A DNA stretch of 64,000 bases, from contig JAZAMN010000006.1 in the NCBI GenBank assembly GCA_036229005.1, positions 96,001-160,000 on the forward strand. The letters run 5' to 3'. Every line of letters begins with the position of its first letter. Positions within the stretch are counted from its first letter, which is position 1. The stretch comes from Myxococcota bacterium. GTDB lineage: Bacteria > Myxococcota_A > UBA796 > CAJQPC01. The position numbers and the translations under genes were made by a program. Of this stretch, positions 32,839 through 41,766 are shown piece after piece. The notes under the pieces are model-generated. The model had not been told where the DNA came from and did not search any database. It saw only the letters and a program-made list of their open reading frames with translations.

Positions 32839-33255
32839 ATGGCCTCTATTCGTCGTCAGATCTCGATTGCAGCGGGTCCCCGCGCGGTCTGGAACACCCT
32901 GACCACCGCTGATGGGTGGATGTCCTGGTACGCGGATGACGCGCGCCTGGACGCCCGAAAGGGTGGTCGTGTGGTGCTGACGATCGAGGATGATGAGGGC
33001 GAGCCGGTAGAAGAGGTGGGGACCTTCCACACCTTCCGGCCCACCCGCCGTCTGGAGATCTCCTGGGATCGTGTGTCTCCCGCAGTCACCAAGGGCACCC
33101 AGCTCAGCTTCACCATCGCGCGCGACGGTGAGGAGACCCGGGTGAACTTGGTGCACTCTGGCGGCGGCGTTCTTGATGATGAGGACGCACGCGCCGAACT
33201 CGACAAAACCTGGCGTCAGGCCCTCAGCGCTCTTCGGGATGCGCTCGAGGGTTGA
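32839..33255 (+). CDS. SRPBCC/AHSA1-like domain protein
   Basis: 'IAA....VW..LT......W', 'P.RRL..SW', 'T.V.L.H.G', 'W...L..L'; SD AGGAGG. Confidence 0.85.
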   Translation: MASIRRQISIAAGPRAVWNTLTTADGWMSWYADDARLDARKGGRVVLTIEDDEGEPVEEVGTFHTFRPTRRLEISWDRVSPAVTKGTQLSFTIARDGEETRVNLVHSGGGVLDDEDARAELDKTWRQALSALRDALEG

Positions 33256-33313
33256 TTGTTTGACGCCCGAGCCCCGATGTACTAATCGGCGGTGGTTCGG
33301 AGGTATATTTTTC

Positions 33314-33520
33314 ATGGCCCGTCGCAGGTCTCCCAAGATTTCCGCAGACGCCGACATCGACTACAAGGATGTCGATATGCTCAAGAAGTTCCTGACCGAG
33401 GGTGGCAAGATCCTGCCCCGTCGTCTCACGGGACTCAGCGCAAAGCAGCAGCGTCAGATCACCCAGGCCATCAAGCGTGCTCGTCACGTGGCGATGCTGC
33501 CCTACACCCGCGTCGACTGA
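33314..33520 (+). CDS. rpsR: 30S ribosomal protein S18 (Cys-free)
   Basis: IDYKD..L.KFLTE.GKILPRR.TG..AKQQR....AIKRAR..A.LPY; SD GGAGGT. Confidence 0.96.
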   Translation: MARRRSPKISADADIDYKDVDMLKKFLTEGGKILPRRLTGLSAKQQRQITQAIKRARHVAMLPYTRVD

Positions 33521-33527
33521 GTCGCCG

Positions 33528-33621
33528 CAGAGCCTGCGGTCTCCGCTCCTGGGGGCCGCAAGGGTCACCGTCTGGTGACCCACGCAACAGGGAGGCCTTC
33601 GGGTCTCCCTGCTGTGCTCTG
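33528..33621. other. multi-hairpin structured intergenic element
   Basis: Closing stem CAGAGC/GCTCTG enclosing three hairpins, one with a C-TTCG-G tetraloop. Confidence 0.5.
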
Positions 33622-33665
33622 GGGTGGGTCTCCGGAGCGCGCTGGATCTGAGAGGAGGCATCGAG

Positions 33666-34691
33666 ATGCGCGTGGAGCTGTTGGCTGAACAAGGTGGGGT
33701 GGTCGTGGATGGGGTGGTCCAGCACTACGGCGACCCAGAGGCCGAGCTCAAGGCCGCGGAGGCTGGCCTGGTGATGGTGGCGCCGCCCCGGCCAGGCATG
33801 CTGGAGCTGCAGGGGGATGACGCCCAGCGCTTCTGCAACAGCATGCTGACAAACAACTTCAGGGATCTGGCTCCAGGTGCCCGGGTTCACACGGCAATCA
33901 CGGATTCAAAGGCCCGGGTCGAGGCGCTGCTCGATGGGTGGATGGTGGCCCCTGGGAACTTCCTGCTGGTGTTTGAGGACACGGACATGGAGTGGGCCCA
34001 CGACCGGCTCGACATGTACATCATCATGGACCCCATCGAGCTCATCGCGCGGCACGAAGAGTGGGGGCTGTTGCACCTGCGGGGAGCGGGCGCCAGTGAG
34101 GCGCTGCAGGCCTTGGGTCTTCCGGAGATCAGCAGCCTGACCTCGCTGGAGGACGGGGGTTTTGCGGGGCCGAATGACCGCTATGGTGCCCCGGGGGTGG
34201 ACCTGATGGTGCCTTTTGCGGCGCTGGTTTCGCTCTTCTCCCGCCTCAAGGATGCCGGGGTGGCTCCAGTGGGCTTTCTTGCGGCCGAGGCGCTCCGGAT
34301 CCGGGCTGGCCTGCCGCGCCACCCGCAGGACATCGGCAAGCGCGCTTTTCCGCACGAGCTGGGGCTTCGGGACCGGATCTGCAGCTTCACCAAGGGCTGC
34401 TACATGGGGCAGGAGATCATCAATCGCATGGACACGATGGGCAAGCTGACCCGCCGCTTGGTCCTGGTGGAGCTGGAGCAGCCTGCGGAGCCCGGGGTCG
34501 AGCTGCAGGTGGAAGGAAAGGGAGTCGGTGAGTTGACAAGCGTCAGCTCCCTTGGTGGGCGCCACCTGGGCCTGGGCATCCTGCGCAAAGCGGCTTGGGA
34601 GGCGGGGAGTGCCCTTGATGTGATACCTGAGGGTTCTGCGCGCAGTCTGGGCCCGGTACGCAGCGGCCCTGATGCCCCGCCCGAAGGCTAG
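33666..34691 (+). CDS. ygfZ: YgfZ/GcvT-like folate-binding protein
   Basis: G.DA.RF...LTN; YgfZ signature SFTKGCYMGQEI. Confidence 0.88.
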   Translation: MRVELLAEQGGVVVDGVVQHYGDPEAELKAAEAGLVMVAPPRPGMLELQGDDAQRFCNSMLTNNFRDLAPGARVHTAITDSKARVEALLDGWMVAPGNFLLVFEDTDMEWAHDRLDMYIIMDPIELIARHEEWGLLHLRGAGASEALQALGLPEISSLTSLEDGGFAGPNDRYGAPGVDLMVPFAALVSLFSRLKDAGVAPVGFLAAEALRIRAGLPRHPQDIGKRAFPHELGLRDRICSFTKGCYMGQEIINRMDTMGKLTRRLVLVELEQPAEPGVELQVEGKGVGELTSVSSLGGRHLGLGILRKAAWEAGSALDVIPEGSARSLGPVRSGPDAPPEG

Positions 34692-34747
34692 ATGATCGCA
34701 TGAGGATCGGGGGTGTGAATCCGCCTTGGTGGCCGATTCATGCCCTC

Positions 34748-34790
34748 TTTACGTGTCAACGATTGACGCGTCAAGCCCCTGTGCTACGTT
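34748..34790 (+). promoter_or_regulatory. sigma70-type promoter overlapped by tandem palindromic operator
   Basis: TTGACG (34763)-16 nt-TACGTT (34785) with TG extension; TTGACGCGTCAA palindrome plus 10/12 copy at 34748. Confidence 0.6.
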
Positions 34791-34864
34791 TAAGACGGGA
34801 ACAACCTTCCCAGGGATTGGAAGCCCGACCCAGGTCGGGAGAACACATGCTCAGGGAGGCCAAA

Positions 34865-35110
34865 ATGGCTTCAAATCCAAAGAGTCGGGAACGCGTCGCT
34901 CGTAACTTCATCCGGAGCTACGGTCGTAGTCGCTTCCGTCGTCTGCTTGAGGCGCTGGCCGCCGGCGAGTCTGGTCAGAAGGTCGCGGACGAGTTCGGCG
35001 TGAGCCGCGAGCGGGTCCGTCAGTGGAAGAACACCTTCGGGACCGTGATCACCATCTACCAGGTGCACCCCGAGGTCGACCGGATCCTGCGGGAGCGCCG
35101 CACGGCTTGA
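34865..35110 (+). CDS. small HTH protein (81 aa), sigma70 region-4-like recognition helix
   Basis: 'SGQKVADEFGVSRERVRQW'; SD GGGAGG. Confidence 0.85.
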   Translation: MASNPKSRERVARNFIRSYGRSRFRRLLEALAAGESGQKVADEFGVSRERVRQWKNTFGTVITIYQVHPEVDRILRERRTA

Positions 35111-35187
35111 GCGGCGCCTGACCCAAGGGCTCGTTAGGAAAGCTCCAGAATCGGGCCGCGCATAGCGGTTCAGACAAGGAGCAGTTC

Positions 35188-36444
35188 ATGAGCGCGAAGG
35201 TCTACGTTGCTGGCGGTGCGATCACCCCCTTCATCGGAAAGGGGAACCCCGACTTCATCTGGAAGCGCCACCCGGACTTCGGGACTCGGGAGAACCCGAG
35301 CCTCAAGGACTACCTGGTGCGCGCCGTGAGCGAGGCCGCGGAGGCGACGGGCGTTGACCTCAAGCAGGTCGACAAGGCCTATGTCGCGAATTTCGTGGGT
35401 GAGCTCTTCGTGAACCAGGGTCACCTGGGCGCCGCGCTGGCGGGCTCTCACCCTGATCTGGCTGGAAAGCCCTCCATGCGCGTGGAGGGCGCTTGTGCTT
35501 CAGGCGGTCTGGCCATGGCCGCCGGCGTGGACGCCATCAAGGCGGGCGCCGACCTGGTGCTGGTCGCAGGCGTCGAGGTGCAGACCACCGCCTCCGCGCG
35601 CACCGGTGGGGACTACCTGGCCCGCGCCGCAGACTACGAGCGCCAGCGCCCCATGGACGACTTCACCTTCCCGGCGCTGTTCGCCCGGCGCATGAAGGCC
35701 TACCGCACGGCCTTTGACGTGAGCGAGGAGGACGTGGGCCGGGTGGCCGTCAAGGCCTACAACAACGCCAACAAGAACCCGCTGGCGCACATGCGGGCCC
35801 GCAAGGTGGACCTGGAGTTCGCCAAGGCCCCCAACGACAAGAACCCCAACTTCTTGAGCAACGAGGAGTTCTCGCCCTGGCTCAAGGTGACCGACTGCTC
35901 GCAGGTGAGCGACGGCGGCGCCGCGATGTTCCTGGTGTCCGAGGCCGGCATCGAGAAGCTGGGCTTGAACAAGTCCGACTGCATCGAGCTGGTTGGCATC
36001 GGTCAGGCGACCGCGTCCCTGTACGAGGACGGTGACCTGACCGAGATGTCCACCACCAAGCTCGCTGCCGAGCGCGCCTACGGCCAGGCCAACCTGGGGC
36101 CCATGGACGTGCAGGTCGCTGAGGTTCACGACTGTTTCACCATCGCTGAGCTGCTGATGTACGAGGCCCTGGGCTTCGCTGAGCGCGGCAAGGCCGCGGA
36201 GCTCGTCAAGGAGGGCGTCACCGATCTCGACGGCCGCCTGCCTGTGAACACTGGTGGCGGTCTGGTGGGCTTCGGGCACCCGGTCGGCGCCACCGGCGTC
36301 AAGCAGGTGCTGGAGATCTGGCGCCAGATGAAGGGACGCTGCGGGGACTACCAGGTGTCGAACAACCCCAAGGTGGGACTGACCGCAAACATGGGTGGCG
36401 ATGACAAGTCGGTCGTCGTGGCCCTCTTCCAGGACTGCGCATGA
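35188..36444 (+). CDS. thiolase (SCP2/SCP-x type acetyl-CoA acetyltransferase)
   Basis: EGACASGG, AEVHDCF, NTGGGL..GHPVGATG. Confidence 0.92.
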   Translation: MSAKVYVAGGAITPFIGKGNPDFIWKRHPDFGTRENPSLKDYLVRAVSEAAEATGVDLKQVDKAYVANFVGELFVNQGHLGAALAGSHPDLAGKPSMRVEGACASGGLAMAAGVDAIKAGADLVLVAGVEVQTTASARTGGDYLARAADYERQRPMDDFTFPALFARRMKAYRTAFDVSEEDVGRVAVKAYNNANKNPLAHMRARKVDLEFAKAPNDKNPNFLSNEEFSPWLKVTDCSQVSDGGAAMFLVSEAGIEKLGLNKSDCIELVGIGQATASLYEDGDLTEMSTTKLAAERAYGQANLGPMDVQVAEVHDCFTIAELLMYEALGFAERGKAAELVKEGVTDLDGRLPVNTGGGLVGFGHPVGATGVKQVLEIWRQMKGRCGDYQVSNNPKVGLTANMGGDDKSVVVALFQDCA

Positions 36445-36998
36445 ACAAGAGCCTGCTGTACGTAGGAGGAGCTGTCCTCGGTATCGGCGCCGCAGTGGCG
36501 GTGTTCTCCGTGATGGGGGGAGGGGATGAGTCCCCCGAGCCCGGAGCGCAGACCGAGCAGGTCGCTGCCGGCGACCCGGCCGGGCCGCGAGGCGAGAAGG
36601 TGAAGATCGCGGAGGGGGTCAGCTACGATCCCAACCTCGATCGCCGGACGCCGCCGGCGGAGGCTGGCACGGGTGATCAGCCCATGCGGGCGGATCAACA
36701 GGCGGTCGCCGATCTGCTGCAGCGCCCTGTCGCGCAGCTTATCTCTGGCACGGACTCCAGCCTGCGTCATGTCTCCCTCCAGGTGCGTGCAGCGGGCGAC
36801 GATGAGCTCGCCGACGACATCGTCAGCTACATCGATGAGGTCCGTCCCTACAAGCGACAGGCAGATATCGATGAGGCTGCGTTGGTCGCGCGCCTCAAGG
36901 GGCTCATCGAGCGGGCTGAGAAGGTCTCCGGCCTGAGCGCAGACGGCCAGCGCTCGCTGGGTGTGGTCAAGGACAAGCTCGCCCAGTACGAGGGCTGA
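36441..36998 (+). CDS. membrane-anchored hypothetical protein
   Basis: N-terminal TM helix; ATGA coupling to thiolase. Confidence 0.65.
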   Translation: MNKSLLYVGGAVLGIGAAVAVFSVMGGGDESPEPGAQTEQVAAGDPAGPRGEKVKIAEGVSYDPNLDRRTPPAEAGTGDQPMRADQQAVADLLQRPVAQLISGTDSSLRHVSLQVRAAGDDELADDIVSYIDEVRPYKRQADIDEAALVARLKGLIERAEKVSGLSADGQRSLGVVKDKLAQYEG

Positions 36999-37061
36999 CG
37001 GGTGGGCGGCGTGGCTCTCTGCGCCGCCCATGTGCAAGAGTAGAGGGGACGGAGGAGTCCG

Positions 37062-38216
37062 ATGTCCATGTTGTTGCTGGCCTCTCTGGGCTGCATTCCC
37101 GCCACATCGTGGGCGCAGGAGGCCACCGGGCCACGCAACTTCGCTGTGGTCATCGGAGTCTCCAGCGTCGAGGGCGCCCCGGAGCTCACCCTGGAAGGGG
37201 CGGGTTCCGAGGCCACCCGCGTCGCCCTCGCGCTGCGCGAGGAGGCCGGGTACGCCGACGTCCGCATCATCACGGATGCGGAGGCCACCAAGGAGCGCAT
37301 CGTCGCGACCTTCAGGGATGACCTCGCTCAGAAGGTGACCCCCCAGGACACGGTGATGGTCTACTTCGTGGGACACGGTGTGGGGGGCGACTTCGACGAC
37401 CCCTATCTGCTCACCTACGACACGCAGCCGGACGACATCCCCGGGACGGCCCTCTCCGTCGCTGAGCTCGGGGGGCAGCTCTCGAGCTGGGTCCCTGCTG
37501 GCAGCTATGCCATCGTCACCGACGCCTCCCACGCGGGGGACTTCAACGGCGTGGCCCTGTTGGGGCCTGCGGCCAGCAGTTGGCCGGACATGGGCGCGAA
37601 CACCGTGCTCCTCTCCGCGGCCGGGCTGGGATCTGCGGCCTCCCCAGGCGTGTTCGCCCGGCACTTCACCGACGCGATCACCGGCGGCGCGGACAGCTCG
37701 CAGGACGGCAGCGTCAGCATCGCGGAGCTCTACCGCTACCTGGTCATCGCGGTGCCAGCGGAGACCAATGGGGCTCAGCAGCCCGTGATGGACGGTCGCT
37801 TCAACCAGGAGCTCTCCCTGGCGCAGGGGGTGCAGTACAAGCCTCTGCTCTCCGAGCTCAACAAGGACGACCCCGAGGTCGTCTACCTGACCCGAGAGGT
37901 CGAGGTCCCCGGAGAGGTCGTCATCATCCGAGAGGTGGGCGGCCCCGCTGAGCAGGTCCTGCCGGACTTCTCGGTGGAGAAGGTCAAGTTCGTCATCAAG
38001 GGCGTCCAGGAGCCGGTCGTGGCCTGCCGGGAGCAGGAACCCGTCGCCTGCTCGGGGGCCTGCTACCTGCGCGACGTGATGGCCGGGCCCTGCACGGTCA
38101 GCGGCTTTGTAGGCGACGCGCAGGTCACGACCTCCGTGTTCATCGCCGCGCGCGGGGTCGCGGGGTGCTCCTGGAGCGAGGCGAACAAGGAGTTCGTCTG
38201 CCGGCCTCCGGGCTGA
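37062..38216 (+). CDS. exported caspase-like (C14) domain protein, catalytic Cys replaced by Ser
   Basis: AVVIGV, EATKERI, YFVGHG, IVTDASHAG, GVF..F..AI.GGAD...DG.VS..EL..Y, QQP. Confidence 0.85.
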   Translation: MSMLLLASLGCIPATSWAQEATGPRNFAVVIGVSSVEGAPELTLEGAGSEATRVALALREEAGYADVRIITDAEATKERIVATFRDDLAQKVTPQDTVMVYFVGHGVGGDFDDPYLLTYDTQPDDIPGTALSVAELGGQLSSWVPAGSYAIVTDASHAGDFNGVALLGPAASSWPDMGANTVLLSAAGLGSAASPGVFARHFTDAITGGADSSQDGSVSIAELYRYLVIAVPAETNGAQQPVMDGRFNQELSLAQGVQYKPLLSELNKDDPEVVYLTREVEVPGEVVIIREVGGPAEQVLPDFSVEKVKFVIKGVQEPVVACREQEPVACSGACYLRDVMAGPCTVSGFVGDAQVTTSVFIAARGVAGCSWSEANKEFVCRPPG

Positions 38217-38243
38217 GCGAAGGCTAGCGGAGCAGGGTCCGCG

Positions 38244-38456
38244 TCAGAGGGCGCGGAGCCGCTTGATGTCCAGGATGGGGCCGACCATCGCGACGCCGAA
38301 CGCAGCATCGCTGGCCTCGCCGATGACCTCGACCTGCTTCCCCTCCAGCTTGGGGGGGACCTGGCCTTGGAGTTGGTAGGCCTGCCCGTCCTGAGTACGC
38401 AGGACCCAGACCTCGCCGCCAAAGAACTCGCGGCTGAGGGTGCCTTGGAGGGTCAC
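38244..38456 (-). CDS. small beta-rich hypothetical protein (70 aa; DUF5818-like)
   Basis: 'GG..WVL...DG..YQL....LEG..VEV.G.......M.GP.L.I'; GTGA coupling. Confidence 0.65.
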   Translation of the reverse strand: MTLQGTLSREFFGGEVWVLRTQDGQAYQLQGQVPPKLEGKQVEVIGEASDAAFGVAMVGPILDIKRLRAL

Positions 38457-40171
38457 GCGGCCTCCCCGTCGTGGTTGAGCTTCTGCAGGCCGACCACTGC
38501 CATCGCCGCCAGGATCGCCACCGTTCCGTTGAGGCTCAGCCACAGCTTGTCCAGGCCCAGGCCCAGGAACCAGACGTCCACGGTGCCGGCGGCAGCGCCG
38601 TAGAGCAGGGCCGTGCCGAAGCCCACCGAGACCCCGGCGATCAGCGGCCCCAGGCGCTTGGAGGGGCCGAACAGGAAGGCCAGGCCTGCTGGGAGCAGCG
38701 CGCTGACCCACAGGGGCATGTGGGCCAGGTCCGCGTTGAGCATGGCTGGCCAGGTCAGCAGGTCCCGGGAGAGCAGGTTGACCACTGGGTGTGGGGCGAT
38801 GGGGAGGAGGGGAAGGAAGAACAGCCCTCCAGCGGTGAGGCCTGCCGCCGCGATCATGGGCACAGCGCGCGTGGCCCGCAGGCGGGCCAGCACTGCCAGA
38901 GAGAGGGCCATCATGGCGCCGACGAGGAACTGGAGTCCGTTCCGGCGCACGAGCACCCGGCGCACCGCAGCGTCCACGTCCAGGCGGCCGTAGCCGTAGA
39001 CCTCATCCCAGCCGGCCTCGCCCATCTCCTGAGAGCTCTTGAGCAGCACATCGCGGGTGGCCTCGGCGTCCAGGCCCATGCCGACCAGGATCGCGGCTGC
39101 GCCGGCGACATGCGGGGTGGCCATCGAGGTGCCCTGGAAGGCGCGGTAGGCGTGCCCACCCTGGCCGTCGATGGTGTCCTGGAGCACGCCCCCAGCTTCG
39201 CCGCCGTTGCGGGTGTCTCCGCCGGGAGCCGCAAGATCCACGCCCTCGCCATAGGTCGAGTAGAAGGCCTTGGTGTCGTCCGGCCCCACCGCTGCGACGC
39301 CGATGACCTCCTCGGCAGAGGCGGGGGACCCGAGGCCGCGCTGGCCGCTGTTGCCGGCGGCGGCGACCACCACGACACCCCGGTTGGCGGCGTCTCGGGC
39401 GGCCTTGTCCAGCACCTCGGAGTAGGGGCCGCCCAGGCTCATGTTGATCACGTCCGCGCCGTTGTCGACGGCGTGGTCGATGGCCGCGGCGATCCAGTCG
39501 GAGGAGCCGAAGCCCTGCTTGGACAGGGCCTTGTAGGGCATGATGGTCACGTTGGGGGCTACGCCTGCCACGCCCTTGCCGTTGTTGGTGGCCTGCGCGA
39601 TGGTTCCGGCCACGTGGGTGCCGTGTCCGTGGTCATCTTCGGGGGTGCGGGTGAGGGGGACGAAGGTCGCTCCCTCGGTCATGCGGACCCCCTCCATGTC
39701 CTCCACGCGGCTGACGCCGGTGTCGATCACGGCCACCTTCACGCCCTTGCCGCCGCCGGCCCGCCAGCCTGTCTGTACCTGGATCATCTCCATGTTCCAC
39801 TGCTGCTCGAACATGGGGTCGTCGGGGTAGCCCAAGGCCTGGAACTCCAGGAGCTGCTCAGCCTCTTCGACCAACGGGTTCTGCTCGGCCAGGGCCTCGG
39901 CGGCGGCGAGATCGGCCACCTTCGCGCGGTAGAGGCCCTCGTCCGCGGAGAAGGGCGAGGACAGCTCCAGGTCCAGCCCCAGGGTGCGCTCGAGCTCCGC
40001 GACCTGCTCCTCGCTGAGGTCATCCACGAGATCCAGGACCAAGGTCCCTTCGCTGTGGGCGGCGACTGTCGGGGCGGCGTCCCCAGCCGCGGAGCGGACC
40101 CCGCGGGGGCGGAAGGACCAGAGGATCAGGCCGCAGAGGGCCAGGATCATCAGGGTGGAGAGGCGACGCAT
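38453..40171 (-). CDS. S8 subtilase with C-terminal membrane domain
   Basis: VAVIDTG, HGTHVAG, AAGN, GTSMATPH triad; four to five C-terminal TM helices. Confidence 0.95.
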   Translation of the reverse strand: MRRLSTLMILALCGLILWSFRPRGVRSAAGDAAPTVAAHSEGTLVLDLVDDLSEEQVAELERTLGLDLELSSPFSADEGLYRAKVADLAAAEALAEQNPLVEEAEQLLEFQALGYPDDPMFEQQWNMEMIQVQTGWRAGGGKGVKVAVIDTGVSRVEDMEGVRMTEGATFVPLTRTPEDDHGHGTHVAGTIAQATNNGKGVAGVAPNVTIMPYKALSKQGFGSSDWIAAAIDHAVDNGADVINMSLGGPYSEVLDKAARDAANRGVVVVAAAGNSGQRGLGSPASAEEVIGVAAVGPDDTKAFYSTYGEGVDLAAPGGDTRNGGEAGGVLQDTIDGQGGHAYRAFQGTSMATPHVAGAAAILVGMGLDAEATRDVLLKSSQEMGEAGWDEVYGYGRLDVDAAVRRVLVRRNGLQFLVGAMMALSLAVLARLRATRAVPMIAAAGLTAGGLFFLPLLPIAPHPVVNLLSRDLLTWPAMLNADLAHMPLWVSALLPAGLAFLFGPSKRLGPLIAGVSVGFGTALLYGAAAGTVDVWFLGLGLDKLWLSLNGTVAILAAMAVVGLQKLNHDGEAA

Positions 40172-40322
40172 GGGTGCTCCAGCGCAGGCATGGAAGGGGC
40201 GAGGTCGACTTCAGAACGCGCGACCCCCACCTCTTCTTTCACACTTTCGTGATCTTCGCGAGGAAGATGCTGGCATCGACCGCAGCGAGTCTCTTGACAT
40301 GACAACAGCCAGGGAGGTAGTG

Positions 40323-40823
40323 ATGGAGCACTCCTGCCGCCAGAGGTTCCTCGCCATGGCCACCCTCCACGCCCTCCACGTTGTCGCTCCGCCCCCCGCG
40401 AGTGACGCGCTCCTCCCCAACCTCCCCGAGCTGGACCCGCGCGCGGTCGCGCTCCCCAGCGGCGCCGCCCTGAGCGCTTGGCGCAAGCAGGCGGATCTGC
40501 GCATGCAGCTCGCGATCGCCGAGCTCGATGCTGCGCTCCTGGCAGGAGACGATGCCAGCCTGTCCGCGCACATCGCCATGCAGAACCTGCGCGAGTGGGT
40601 GGGGAGCAGCCTGGTGCGCTTCCGAACCCCCGAGGGGGCCGAGGTCGTGCGGGGCGCCACCCGCCAGGACTGCCAGAGCGCCTGGCAGGACCGGGAGCTC
40701 CGCACCGCTGGCGCCGCGGCCTTCGACCCGGGGGCCGTGGATCGGCACCTCAAGCTCTACGTGGGGACGGCCTTCGAAGCCGCCGCGCGAGGCTACGCGT
40801 CGCTGCTGGCCATCCAGTGCTGA
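40323..40823 (+). CDS. hypothetical protein
   Basis: SD GGGAGG before ATG 40323; head of co-directional cluster. Confidence 0.55.
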   Translation: MEHSCRQRFLAMATLHALHVVAPPPASDALLPNLPELDPRAVALPSGAALSAWRKQADLRMQLAIAELDAALLAGDDASLSAHIAMQNLREWVGSSLVRFRTPEGAEVVRGATRQDCQSAWQDRELRTAGAAAFDPGAVDRHLKLYVGTAFEAAARGYASLLAIQC

Positions 40824-40830
40824 GCCGGCG

Positions 40831-41766
40831 ATGAGCGATCAACTCCACGTCCTGACGCGCATCGGCATGCCGGCCGGAGACACCGTCAAGGTCCTCCGGC
40901 GGCGCTTTCAGGGCGGGCAAGGTCCCCGAGTGGCGCTGGTCGCCGGGATCCGGGGGGACACCCCCGAGGGGATGCGGGTCGCTCATCGGGTCTGCTCCAT
41001 CCTGGAGGCCTGCCACGAGACGCTGGCTGGGACCGTGGATGTCTACCCCTGCGTCAACCCCCTGGCTGCGCACCGCGCCTCACGGAACTGGCCCTTCTTC
41101 GACCAGGACCTGAACCGGCGCTTCCCGGGCAACTCGGAGGGCCACGCCCCCGATGTCGTGGCCGCAGCGCTCGTCGAGGATCTGCGGGGCGCCGACGTGA
41201 TCCTCGAGCTCCGCGGGGCGCACCCGGCCTTCTCGGAGGCCCCTCAGGCGCACATCCGCCGAGGCGACCAGCACGCCGCAGAGCTCGCCCGCAGCGCGAA
41301 CGTGCACGTGGTCTGGGCCCGGGACGCCAGCGTCGCGTCCGCGGCGACCTTCGCCGCCCAGTTCGACAACGTGATCGCCCTGGAGGGCGGGACAGGCAAT
41401 CGCCTGACCCCGGGCGTGGGGGAGGCCCTCACCGAGGGGGTCCTCAACGTGCTGAACGTCCTCAAGGTCCTCGCCGATGAGCAGCTCCCTTTCCACTGGG
41501 CGACGCTGCGGCGTCCGTCGGTGGTCCAAGATGAACAGGTGCACCGGATCCGCGCCTCCCGCTCAGGTTTCTTCCTTCCGGAGTGCGGACCGTGGGACAC
41601 TGTCGCGGTGGGTGATGTCCTCGGCGTAGTCATAGACCCCTCCACTGGGGCCCTCCAGGAGCGCGTACTCGCGCCGCTCCCCGGGCAGGTGTTGGCCGTC
41701 CGCGAGAAGCCGGTGGTGTTCCCCGGCAGCATGGTGCTCCGTCTGGTCGAGGTCGGCGATGAGTGA
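40831..41766 (+). CDS. AstE/AspA (M14) family protein A, Zn ligands missing
   Basis: GPRVALVAGIRGDT, VNP, DLNRRFPG, ELRG, LEGG, C-terminal barrel-sandwich hybrid. Confidence 0.85.
   Translation: MSDQLHVLTRIGMPAGDTVKVLRRRFQGGQGPRVALVAGIRGDTPEGMRVAHRVCSILEACHETLAGTVDVYPCVNPLAAHRASRNWPFFDQDLNRRFPGNSEGHAPDVVAAALVEDLRGADVILELRGAHPAFSEAPQAHIRRGDQHAAELARSANVHVVWARDASVASAATFAAQFDNVIALEGGTGNRLTPGVGEALTEGVLNVLNVLKVLADEQLPFHWATLRRPSVVQDEQVHRIRASRSGFFLPECGPWDTVAVGDVLGVVIDPSTGALQERVLAPLPGQVLAVREKPVVFPGSMVLRLVEVGDE

Noticed and set aside
33528..33621. Glycine riboswitch, SRP RNA or tRNA
   Set aside because: No matching conserved motifs on the sense strand and no T-loop; the downstream gene is YgfZ-type
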